Part shown: one piece after another, positions 53,405-64,000 of the stretch
How the letters are laid out: each line of letters opens with the position of its first letter
Position numbering within the stretch: position 1 is the stretch's first letter
Source of the DNA: Callorhinchus milii
Lineage: Eukaryota
Reading direction: 5' to 3'
Assembly (NCBI RefSeq): GCF_018977255.1
Contig: NW_024704743.1
Span: 74,340,001-74,404,000 of the forward strand
DNA length: 64,000 nucleotides
Notes under the pieces: generated by a model
What the model was told of the DNA's origin: nothing
What the model saw: only the letters and a program-made list of their open reading frames with translations
Databases searched by the model: none
Position numbers and translations under genes: made by a program

Positions 53405-53560
53405 GAAAGCTGCCATGTTGTGCTGTGTGAGTGAGTGAGTGAGTGACATACCTGGGCTGAGGGGTTGGCAGCACAGATCACTCTCTCCTCTCCTCTCCTT
53501 CCCGGCTTCCCCCGCCCTTGGCAACAGCGGAAACACGTCACACTGGGCGGGGTGCCAGGC
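53405..53560 (-). promoter_or_regulatory. TATA-less housekeeping-type core promoter of ANO10
   Basis: GC boxes (ccccgccc near 53510, gggcgggg at 53545), CRE/ATF-like TGACGTG near 53534, ETS-like CGGAAA, RFX-like GTTGCCAAGG, and YY1-like AACATGGCAG near 53410-53419. Motif matches only. Confidence 0.55.
53452..53530 (-). other. ANO10: Probable non-coding exon 1 of ANO10 (5' end approximate)
   Basis: Strong minus-strand donor CAG|GTATGT at 53451 in a GC-rich unique segment. The ATG exon has its own acceptor, so an upstream exon is required. Confidence 0.6.
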
Positions 53561-53562
53561 CT

Positions 53563-54633
53563 GGGCGGGTTAGGCGCTGTGTTGGGCGGGTTGGGCGCTG
53601 TGTTGGGCGGGTTAGGCGCTGTGTTGGGCGGGTTAGGCGCTGTGTTGGGCGGGTTGGGCGCTGTGTTGGGCGGGTTAGGCGCTGTGTTGGGCGGGTTAGG
53701 CGCTGTGTTGGGCGGGTTAGGCGCTGTGTTGGGCGGGTTAGGCGCTGTGTTGGGCGGGTTGGGCGCTGTGTTGGGCGGGTTAGGCGCTGTGTTGGGCGGG
53801 TTAGGCGCTGTGTTGGGCGGATTAGGCGCTGTGTTGGGCGGGTTAGGCGCTGTGTTGGGCGGGTTAGGCGCTGTGTTGGGCGGGTTAGGCGCTGTGTTGG
53901 GCGGGTTAGGCGCTGTGTTGGGCGGGTCAGGCCAGGCGCTGTGTTGGGCGGGTCAGGTCAGGCGCTGTGTTGGGCGGGTCAGGCCAGGCGCTGTGCGGGG
54001 CAGGTCAGGCGCTGTGCGGGGCGGGTCAGGTCAGGCGCTGTGTTGGGCGGGTCAGGCGCTGTGCGGGTCAGGCCAGGCGCTGTGCGGGGCAGGTCAGGCG
54101 CTGTGTTGGGCGGGTTAGGTCAGGCGCTGTGCGGGGAGGGTCAGGCGCTGTGCGGGGAGGGTCAGGCGCTGTGCGGGGCGGGTCAGGCGCTGTGCGGGGC
54201 AGGTCAGGCGCTGTGCGGGGCAGGTCAGGCGCTGTGCGGGGCGGGTCAGGCCAGGCGCTGTGTTGGGCGGGTCAGGCCAGGCGCTGTGCGGGGCGGGTCA
54301 GGCGCTGTGCGGGGCGGGTCAGGCGCTGTGCGGGGCGGGTCAGGTCAGGCGCTGTGTGGGGCGGGTCAGGTCAGGCGCTGTGTTGGGCGGGTCAGGCCAG
54401 GCGCTGTGCGGGGCGGGTCAGGCCAGGCGCTGTGTTGGGCGGGTCGGGTCAGGCGCTGTGCGGGGCGGGTCAGGCACTGTGCGGGGAGGGTCAGGCGCTG
54501 TGCGGGGCGGGTCAGGCGCTGTGCGGGGCGGGTCAGGCCAGGCGCTGTGCGGGGCGGGTCAGGCGCTGTGCGGGGCGGGTCAGGCGCTGTGCGGGGAGGG
54601 TCAGGCGCTGTGCGGGGAGGGTCAGGTCAGGCG
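53563..54633. repeat. GC-rich compound minisatellite: 17 x 21-bp gggcgggttaggcgctgtgtt (53563-53919), then variant units built on gggcgggtcaggcgctgtgcg
   Basis: Directly visible; it generates the GGLGAVL and GQALCGA pseudo-ORFs. Confidence 0.97.
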
Positions 54634-54792
54634 TTGGCCGTGGTGGTGTCTGTGATTATTGCCAACACAATGAGGAGCTGATTGTCTGCTGCTCGTGACC
54701 GGGGTTTTGCCAGAAATTACACGAGGTTTGTAGCCCAAAGTCAACCAAATACCAGCCCAAAAGTAGCCCAATATCACGTGATTCCTCTCCCA

Positions 54793-55043
54793 GGGGAGGG
54801 GGGCGGCCGGTCACTCCGGGGGGAGGGGGGCGGCCGATCACTCCGGGGGGAGGGGGGCGGCCGGTCACTCCGGGGGGAGAGGTCGACCGGTCACTCCGGG
54901 GGATGGGGCGGCCAGTCACTCCGGGGGGAGGGGTCGACCAGTCACTCCGGGGGGAGAGGTCGACCAGTCACTCCGGGGGGAGGGGTCGACCAGTCACTCT
55001 GGGGAGGGGGCGGACGGTCACTCCGGGGGAGGGGGGCGGCCGG
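54793..55043. repeat. G-rich minisatellite, 24-27-bp unit (gtcactccggggggaggggtcgacca type), about 9.5 copies
   Basis: tcactc recurs 9 times with a 24-27 bp period. Confidence 0.95.
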
Positions 55044-55426
55044 ACAAACATGCCTTCGCTGACCCAAAATAAAATGGTGTCCCAGCATTTTTTTGTTCAG
55101 TTTAGTTTCTTATGGGGACTTGTATCGCCCACGTGAGATGTGTGTTAAATAAGTCCAGGAGTGACAGGGAAAAAAAGGGGGAGATGGCGTCATGGGGTAA
55201 CTTTACAAGGGAGAAAGGGGAGGGAAAGGGGAGGATACCACAGACACAGCGAAGGGTTAGATTTTAATGTGCGAGACAAGAGTTGCAGAGGCAGGTCCAG
55301 AGGTTAGAGGCTGAAGCCGGGGCACAACTAACCATGTGGCGGTGGCAAGGTTAGCGATGGTGGGCCAACAGAGAAGGGAGCGGATGCAGAGTCCTCCTCT
55401 GCCACAAACACCTCTTTCCCTACAAA

Positions 55427-55756
55427 CCTGTAGCTCAGTGGTTAGAGCACTCGCTTTGCGAGAGACCCGAGTTCAATTCCAGGCAGAGGGCGAAACCTTG
55501 GGCAAGTTTCCTTACTCCACACAGAGCCTAATAATAATCCCTCCAAAACAAAAACAATAATAAATTGGTCATTTTCAATCTACGACTGTTTGTGGGACAT
55601 TGCTGTGCGCAATTTGCTGCCGCGTTCGCCCACAAATATACAGTCAATTCACTTTACAGTGTGTTCTGTGAAGCGCTTTGGGATGTCCTCCCGACATGAA
55701 AAGCGCTATATCAAATGCAATGCTATATCAATATTATTATTATTATGATTATTATT
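55427..55756 (+). mobile_element. Young tRNA-Ala SINE
   Basis: Same family as the copy at 14486. Confidence 0.9.
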
Positions 55757-56583
55757 ACACACGGAGCAATAGGCCCTGGGCCTCTTCGCGCTGTTTGCTC
55801 AATGCTGCTGCTGTGGGTGGAGCGGCTCCGGTCACACGAGCGCAGGGAGTGTTGGGATGGCGGGAGTGGCGCGAGCGGGAAATCGGCTTCGCCCGCGGCC
55901 TAAGCTGAACCCCTGCACCCAATTCTGGATAAGTTCTGCACGTGCTGTCCTATTCAAATGAACATTTTTAGTATTTTAAACATAACTACATTTTCAGGAA
56001 ATATACGCTAATAGTTTTAATCCGAGTTATTTCAAAAAATGTGTCTCTCAATAGCACCAACCAACCCTCCGCAATTTTCCGAAAAATTTACCAAAATCTG
56101 CCACAATTTCCGTAGAACCCGCCAAATACCCTGCAATTTTTGGCAAATGCTTCTGCACTTTGCTATTGGCCCAGATAATGAGGCAAGGACAACCTTGTTA
56201 CAGCACAAACAGCAACAACATGCATTTATACAACAGCCTTCACAGTGGATAAATTCTTTCAGAGTTTCACAAGGACGGGATCGGATATTGAAGAAAGGGG
56301 AGGTGACCATAGGTGCGAGTGGGATTCGAAGGTGGGATTTAAAGATGGGGTGATGGGGGTTGAGACCGGGGGTTTGGGGAAGTTCCAGAAGTTAGGAGTG
56401 TGGTCGCTGATGCTGTGTCAGGAGTAGGCGATGAACAGCAGTCCCCAACAGCCAAGCGGAAGGGGCGAGCAGAACACTGGGTTAGGAGAGGGTTGTGGAG
56501 ATGGGGAGATGATAGAGCATTAAGGAATTTCTTGATGTGGGTGAACACCTTGAAGTCAATCTGGTGGATTGTGTGAGAGAGGG

Positions 56584-56900
56584 TAATAATAATAATGATC
56601 CTTGCATTTGATAGAGCGCTATACACGTGTTCTAAACGTCCCAAAGTGCTTCACAGAACACACTGTAAAATGAATTGACTATATTTGTGGGCGAACCCGG
56701 CAGCCAATTGCGCACAGCAGTGTCCCACGAACAGTCATAGATTGAAAATGACCAATTTATTATTGTTTTGGGTTTTGGAGGGATTATTATTAGATGTGTG
56801 GAGTAAGGAAACTTGCCCAAGGTTTCGCCCTCTGCCTGGAATTGAACTCAGGTCTGTCGCTTGCAAAGCGAGTGCTCTAACCACTGAGCTACAGGACTCC
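56584..56900 (-). mobile_element. Young tRNA-Ala SINE next to an old minus-strand L2 fragment (about 56205-56580)
   Basis: Reverse complement of the consensus, ending gagctacaggactcc. Confidence 0.9.
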
Positions 56901-57513
56901 TGTACAGATGGCAGAGTTTTGGAATTGTAACTGTCAACACAGAAAAGCAAATGACAGACTAGAATATATAACATTACGCAGGGAGGTTGAGGAGTTTAGA
57001 TACGTAGGAGTGAAGGCGGTGACGGGAGCCAAGGAGTATGGCTTCCATCTTATCCATATTCACCCGCAGGAAGTTTACCCTTATCCAAGCCCGCATACTT
57101 ACCTGGACCAAAGCTGTTAAGCACTCTGAGATGTTAGCCTGCATCTGAGGGTGTTGTATGAGTGAAAGTTATTATTGTTTTTGTTGTGGTGATGGGCCTT
57201 GCATCACCATGCTTAAAAGTATTCAAGCTGACTAAAACAAAAAAAAATATTTCCCTCTCAAAATACATGTTTACATAGATTGGATGAAATTGCTTGTTTA
57301 AGCAGTCCCAGACGTTTAGACATGTTTAAGCAGACCCAGATGCACATTTGCATGTGAAATCCATCTGTCACGTAAGAGAAAAATGTTGGCTACAAATTCT
57401 TTTGATTCCTCCTTCAGGATCAGCAAAACAAAAAGCTGCGCAAACTGAAACGGGAAAGTAGAAGGAGGTTAACAAAAACAGCTAAGATAAGAACATCCAG
57501 AAAGCATTGGAAA

Positions 57514-57537
57514 ATGCAATTGTTTTTAAATGTATTG
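57514..57537 (+). CDS. IL-17-family cytokine exon 1 (MQLFLNVL, first part of the signal peptide)
   Basis: AAAATG start context, 24 bp, phase-0 donor TTG|GTAAGC, and a 105-bp intron that joins in frame to the next exon. Confidence 0.75.
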
Positions 57538-57642
57538 GTAAGCGTGTTTTGTTTGGTAACTTTGGTTTATGATATAAGATGTGTTTCTGGACTGTTATTT
57601 TTGGGTTGTATCATTGTCATTCTCTTTGTAACTGTCTTCTAG

Positions 57643-57887
57643 ATTGCAGTAACTACACTTTTTGGAATTACTAAAGTAAAAAGTTCTAAAGAATTGAATT
57701 CAGTTTGCAGAAATAAAGTTCCACTTCATATACTTGAGAAGAGGGTAAGAACCCCATTTCCTCCTAGTCTTCTGAAACAATTAGAAAGAAACAAGCCGGT
57801 TGATAGCCTCAACTGCCCAGCATGGTCTCCTGAGTTGCTCGCAAGTTCACACATCAATAACAGATCCATCTCACCTTGGACATACAG
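57643..57887 (+). CDS. IL-17-family cytokine (IL-17C-like) exon 2: IAVTTLFGITKVKSSKELNSVCRNKV...LNCPAWSPELLASSHINNRSISPWTY(R)
   Basis: Acceptor tgtcttctag, 245 bp open frame, phase-2 donor CAG|GTAAGA right after the IL-17 hallmark RSISPWxYR. Confidence 0.85.
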
Positions 57888-59859
57888 GTAAGAACAACAA
57901 TTCTAACAAATAGTTTCTTGTATTAAGGCGCAGTTGATACTATGAAAATAATGATCAAGAACTCCAGAATGCTATGCACACTGCTTTGCTTTGTGTAAAA
58001 ATATCAGCTGGGACATGGAACAAAGGAAGAAGACAGGATAAATGGCACACTCAAAATGTTAATCTAACTAGAATAGTTTGGGGTCAAATCGAGGACGTAG
58101 AACCCGAAGACAGAAATAAAGCTTTTTCTCAGACCTTGGCTGAATTACTGTCATTTCTGTTTTTATTTCAGATTTTCAGCATTCAATTTTTTTATTTTCT
58201 CAAGGCTGATTGGCTTTGTCCATGACACTGTCTGCTTGAAGGGTGCTATATATGTGCAAGTTGTTCTTGTGGGGGTGGGCTTGTGCAGCTAACAGCCTTG
58301 GTTAATTTTTTAAAAAACTCTTTAGCAAGCAATCCACTCACCACTTAAGACGTGTGTATTATGCGCATCATCTGGTGGCACCAAACCAAATGTTCAATCT
58401 GGGAAAAATCTTGAAGTAAACCACAGAGGATTTCACAATTCAGCTAGGATGGAGAAATCTTCAAAATTCTTAAAGGATTTTGATTGCCAGATGATCTACT
58501 CTGCTTGGAAAATTGATAATCTGAGGGCATAATCTCAGGATTGTAACTGATAGAGTTAAAGGGATGTTGGAAGTACCTTCTAATAAAATAAATGTAAAAA
58601 GGTTTGGGGAAAGAGCAGGGAATTAGGATTGGAGTAGTTAACTCCATATGAGTTTTTTACTAATAATAATGCTTGCATTTAATGTAGCGCCTTTCATATC
58701 AGGAGGACATCCCAAAACACTTCACAGGATATAGTGTAGTATGTAGTGATGGTGGGTTTTGTAGGTGAACATCGAAGCCAATTTACACACAGCAATGTCC
58801 CTCAAACAGCCACTGAGTGAATGACCAATTTTATTTGGGCGATTGTTGGCCAGGACAATCCTTGCGATTAGCGCTACGGGATCTTTAACATCCACCAGAA
58901 ATGCAGCACAACCGCAACACTGCATTGAGTGTCAGCATAGACTCTGAGTTCCAAGTCCCAGTGTGGGGCTTCAACCCACAGCATTATAACTCAAAGGGGA
59001 GAGTGCTACCAATTGAGCTGACACAGGCTAGCACCAGCGTAGGTTGAATGGTCTCCTGTTCTGCACTTTCTATGATTTGGAAACATTTGAATTTAACACA
59101 TTTATTCCATTTGAACAAAAGGAGTGAGTTTTTGTTGAGTATACAATACATTGCATTATGCGTCCATAACAAACCTGTTTCTATTTAATAAACCCGGTTT
59201 GAATTTTGGTCTGGAAGTGAGTGTTTTCATGTTAACAGGAATGGCATTGGCAAGTTTTCGATCAAGTGCACTTCAAATTAAAATTGTTCTAGTATAAAAC
59301 TTGTCAATGATATAGCATTGGAAAGGCAGAGTTTTAAAGATAACTAGGCAAAGCTGATTGCCTGGATCACCCACCCCGCTAAAAAAAAGTTGTAAACCTT
59401 TATAAATGATATTCATTGGCTTGTTCTGACAAAGAAAGGCAATCTGTGCTCTCCTGGACAGAAAAGTAACTTTGCAGATTGCAGGTCTAGACTGCCCAAT
59501 CCATAATATTTGGGTGAGGAAAGTACAAATCTACCCTAGAAAATAAATATTAAGCAAATGAAAAGTTAAAAGACACTCTAGGGGTTATATTTTACATTAG
59601 TAGTTACTCTCCCTTCAAATTAAAATCAAAGTTGGTAAAATTCACTCACCAGGTGTCTCCAGGGGACTATACTGTCACATAGAGGTCATTTTCCCAGGCA
59701 TAAATTAACACAATGCATGCTTACAAAAATCAGAAACTTTCCCTCCTATTTCCAAAATACGCAGCACTGTGTTAATAGTCTACTGATTACAAACTAAATA
59801 CCATTTGGGTAGTAACAGTGTGATATCACTTCCTGGCGTCTTTTTCAAATCCGCCAGGT

Positions 59860-62800
59860 TAGAGTAAGCATAGTGTATATTCTACTATCCTGCTACCTTG
59901 TCCTCCCTTCTTGACCGACATCCTGCATCTCCCCACTGCCCCCGCGCTATATCCCATAGCCCGTGGGCTGATGCTGCCCCACTGATCGCTCGCTCCCAGT
60001 CTCTGCGAGCGTGTTTTGGTTGCCGTCCCAACCCAAGCCGCTCCCCCTGAAAATGTTCCTGCTCCCAACCCCCACACTCCGCTATTCCCACTCTGTCCTT
60101 CTCTCCCACCGCAATCCTTGCCTTCTCTCTCCTGGACCCCATCGTTACCTCCCTCTCCAGCCTGGGCATCCTCTGCCAGGCCCATCATGGCTCCCGGCGT
60201 TGGTTGTCCCAGAGCAGCCACCCCAACTGTTCCATTGATCACTCTCTCCGCAGTAACAGCTTCTGAAAGGCAAACACTCCTTCCCCCTCCCTCATCCATA
60301 CGCTCCCCAACACTGCCTGCTCCTCAAACTCCATGGTCACTTTTCCCCCACAACCTCAAATCCTCTCTATACCACTTTCCCCATCACCGCCCCCACCAGC
60401 AAACCTGTCCGCATTTCCCTCCAAAATATCCGTTCCCTCTCCAATAAAGCCCTTGCTATCCATGACCTCATTCTGGATGAGCACATTAATATTCTTGGGC
60501 TCACGGAAACCTGGTTCTCCCCCAGTCACCCCGTCTCCCTCATTGAAGCCTCCACTCCTGGCTACACTTTTCACCACCCCCCACCCCCCGCCGTCCCATC
60601 CCGTCCCAAACAACGTGGTGGTGGGGTGGCCCTCATCTCCCAAGCTTCCCTTGTTCTATCCCCTTATTCCTCTGGCTGTTTCTCCTCCTTTGTGCACTTC
60701 ACCCTCTACCATCCCTCCTCTCTCTCCCTCAAAATCTTCCTAGTTTACCGCCCCACTCCCACACCAAATCTCCTGGCTCTTTCCTCACTGATATCTCCTC
60801 TCTCCTCTCATCCCTGTCCCTCTGCACTGAACACCATAATGGGTGATTTCAACCTTCACCTGAACTCCTCTTGCACCACCTCCTCGGATTTCACTGCCCT
60901 CCTCTCCTCCCTAAACCTTACCCTCAACATCAACTCACCGACCCACAACCATGGCCATCCCCTGACCTCATCATTATACATGGCCTTGACGTTTCCAACC
61001 TGTTTATCACAGATAAGGCCATCTCGGACCACTTCCTCATCTCACTCTCCTCCCACACCCCCTCCCCTCTTCCAAGCTCGCCACCATTTTTTACCCTCCT
61101 GGAAAAAGCTTCCCCCTGAGTCCCTCAGAAATGCCCTCTCTTCCTCAGACCGCCTCTCCTTCTGGCCCTCCATCCGTAGTGATCCTGACCTAGCATTAAG
61201 CTGCTGAATTACCATCTCTCTGCAACCTTCAATTCCTTGCCTTTTCCCTGAAATCCAGGGTTGTTTCCAAACCCACCCGCTTCCCCTGGTACAAAAGTCA
61301 TCTCCGCTCATGCAAAACACAATCCCAGATGCTCGAGCACAGATGGCAGAAATCCGGCCTCACGATTCACCGCCAGCTGTGGCTCGAGCACCTCCGCACC
61401 TACCGCCTCTCCCTTTCACAGGACTTTTACTCCTGGAGGCAAACAACATATCCAAAGATACTGTTTTCCACCATCCATCACCTCCTTCATGCATCCTCTC
61501 AAGCTCCCTCTATCCTCACATCAAACGCCAAGTGCGAATAGGTCCTAAACATGTTCGCCTCAAAAATTGAAGACATCTGCTTGGCTGCATTGTCCGCACC
61601 CCCCCCATGTCCCCTTCCACCCCACCCAGACCATCCACACGGCCTTCTCCCTCCCCCACAGCTCCTGCCACTCCCCCTCCTTACACTCCTTTGCCCCCAT
61701 TTCTCTCCCTCTCAACCACAATCACCCACATGAAGTTCACCACCTGCTACCTTGACCCCCTTCCCCCTCAGCTGCTGGTCACTAGACTCCCCCTTCTCTC
61801 CCCACTGCTGGCCAATACGGTCAACCAGTCTCTCTCCTCAGGCTCTGTTCCACTCCCCCTGAAACCCACTGTTATCACACCCCTCCTCAAAAACCCACCC
61901 TCAATACCTCTAATCTCTCACACTACCATCCCATCTCCAACCTGCCCTTCCTTGCCAAAGTCCTTGAACATATTATTGCAGGTCAACTTCGGTCACACCT
62001 CTCCCTCCTCGAGCCCCTGCAGTCTAGTTTTCGCACTGACTGCCCACAGCACAGAGACAGCACTTGTCAAAGTCACAAACGACATTCTCTCTATCTGTGA
62101 CCAGGGCTCTCTCTGCCTCCTCAACCTCCTGGATCTCTCTGCTGCGTTCGACACAGTCGACCAAGCCATCCTCCTCCATCGGCTCTCCTCCCTCATCTAC
62201 CTTAGTGTAACCCCACTCGCATGGTTCAAGTCCTACTTAACCAACCGCCTCCATTTCATCTCAATAAATGGTTTCTCCTCCCACCCCCACCCGTCACCTG
62301 CAGGATACCCCAGGGCTCCATTCTTGGCCCTCTACTTTTCCGTATCTATATGCTTCCTCTGGCAATGTCATCCGTAGACACGGGGTAAACTTCCACATAA
62401 TAATAATAATCCTTGCATTTGATATAGCGTTTTTCACGTCTTTTAGACGTCTCAAAGCACTTCACAGTAAAGTGAATTGACTGTATATTTGTGGGTGATA
62501 CACACAATTGCGGATGACACACAAATCTACTTTACCTCCTCCAGTACCAACTCCGGTCCACCGATGTTCTATCAGCTTCTCTGGCAGAAATCAGGGCCTG
62601 GACAAGTGTAAATTTCCTGCAGCTGAATGTGGTCAAGACAGAAGCCATACTCCTTGGCTCCCATTAACGTCTTCACGCCTGCGGATATGAACTCCTCAAC
62701 CTCCCTGGGCTCTCCCTCAGACTCACCAAACCAGTAGACATCCGGTTCGACCCCCAGCTGTCCTTCCTCCCCCACACCCAGTCCCCTACCAGGACCGTGT

Positions 62801-63412
62801 TCCTCCACCTCTGCCAAATTACCCGCCACTGACCGTACCTTACCCCAAATGCAGCTGAAACCCTCATGCATGTGTTTATCACCTCCCACCTGGATTACTC
62901 CAACCTGGATTACTCCTCGCCGGTCTCCCCAGCTCCACCATTCACAAGATCCAGCTCATTCAAAACTATGCCGCCCGCATTCTGACCCGGACCGAACTCC
63001 GTACCCACATCTCACCAGTTCTGGCCGGGCTCCACTGGCTCCCCATCACAGAACAGATCGACTTCAAGATCCTCACACTCATGTTCAAATCCCTTCACTC
63101 CCTGGCACCTCCCTACCTCTCCAACCTCCTCACTCCCCAATCCACCACCCGGCACCTCCGCTCGACTGGCACCGGCCTCCTGCTCATCCTTCGCACCCTC
63201 CACCCCACCATCGGAGGTCACGCTTTCAGTCACTACGTCCCACAACTCTGGAACACTCTCCCTCAATCCCTCTACCTTGCCCCCTCTCCTCTTTCAAGTC
63301 CCACCTGAAAACTTTTCTCTTCGACCATGCTTACGGCCAGATCCCCTTCCCCCTTGCTCGGAATCAAGCTCCGCCACTGTTAAGCGCGCTGAGGCACTAT
63401 ATAAGTGCAAGT
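59860..63412 (+). mobile_element. Near-full-length degenerate L2 LINE (APE endonuclease, RT, 3' tail) with an antisense SINE tail at about 62397-62510
   Basis: NIRSLSNKA, LTETW, GGGVAL, IMGDFNLH, SDHFLI, HSTETALVKVTNDI, LLDLSAAFDTVD, HWLP, with many frameshifts. Confidence 0.93.
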
Positions 63413-64000
63413 GTTTCCATTAGCTATTACATTTGATAAGATCATTGGTACTGAGGCATTTTATGGTATTTTACATAGCCATTTAGCTGTAAAACGAAGC
63501 CAAGTGGACCCGAATGTGATGAAAACCAAAAGTAAATGAACATCTTTGACAAATTATTACCCTTTGATTTGTTCATTTCTTAAATTAAGAAACTTACATT
63601 TACTTTAATGATCCTTACAATTGATATAGATCTTTCTCATCAGTAGGATGTCTCAAAATGCTTCACAGGATTTACTCTAAAGTGTAATGTTTGGATATTT
63701 TTTAATAGGTGAAGGTGGCAGCCAATTTCTGCATAAAAATGTCCCACAGACAACCAAGAAATTAATGATTAATTTTACCTGGGAAATTGATGGCCAGGAG
63801 TCTTTTTGAATAGGAGTTCAACATTAAACATACTACATGTTTTATGGAGCGAGTGAGGGAGAGTGCCAAAGTTTTGGGGCATAGTGGCTGAAGGCACAGC
63901 TGCCGATGGTGGAGCAGAAGAGACAAGGGATAAGCAGGAGTCTGAAGCTAACCAAGAAGAGGTGGTGGGTGATGGAATGGGGGTGGTAGGGAGGTCCCAT

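Noticed and set aside
53412..53435. Plus-strand gccATG followed by GTGAGT as the first exon of another gene such as ABHD5
   Set aside because: The GTGAGT belongs to a (gtga)n microrepeat, the ATG is explained by the YY1-like motif, and no ABHD5 or SNRK coding sequence was recognised in the window.
53563..53919. Telomere-like GGGTTAGG/TTAGGC
   Set aside because: Only one such hexamer per 21-bp unit; this is not a (TTAGGG)n tract.
53465..54698. Long ORFs (217-387 aa) with GGLGAVL, GRVRRCV and GQALCGA repeats resembling elastin or silk
   Set aside because: Several frames are open only because the GC-rich minisatellite lacks stop codons; there is no gene structure.
53155..55043. CRISPR-like regular repeats
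   Set aside because: Head-to-tail units without unique spacers, in vertebrate DNA with no cas genes.
57340..57470. NF-kB-, C/EBP- and ISRE-like motifs upstream of the cytokine ATG
   Set aside because: Only imperfect short matches, of the kind expected by chance.
57768..57887. Internal acceptor (ttcctcctag) giving a 120-bp version of IL-17 exon 2
   Set aside because: Splicing the phase-0 exon 1 to it would shift the frame and lose the signal peptide.
58085..58150. EDVEPEDR...TLAE as a possible IL-17 exon 3
   Set aside because: No suitable acceptor, no cystine-knot cysteines, and it overlaps a decayed repeat.

Overview
Eukaryotic (vertebrate) genomic DNA. The repeat landscape (L2 and CR1 LINEs, tRNA-Ala-derived SINEs with L2 tails, Penelope-like fragments) suggests a cartilaginous fish; that assignment is inference. 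The minus strand carries a complete ANO10 (TMEM16K) gene: 12 coding exons from ATG 50387 to TAA 3509, all GT-AG and in phase, 1992 bp and 663 aa, plus a likely non-coding exon 1 ending at 53452. Its promoter is flanked by three tandem arrays. About 4 kb away on the plus strand are the first two exons of an IL-17-family cytokine, most like IL-17C, which the ORF track shows only in part. These encode a split signal peptide and the motif CP...NNRSISPWTYR; the cystine-knot exon is not in the window. Other notable items are a degenerate minimal hammerhead ribozyme in ANO10 intron 1, a ~240-bp fold-back element, and covarying LINE/SINE 3' stem-loops. All coordinates were read by eye and no database searches were run. 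Comparisons to human proteins are from recall.
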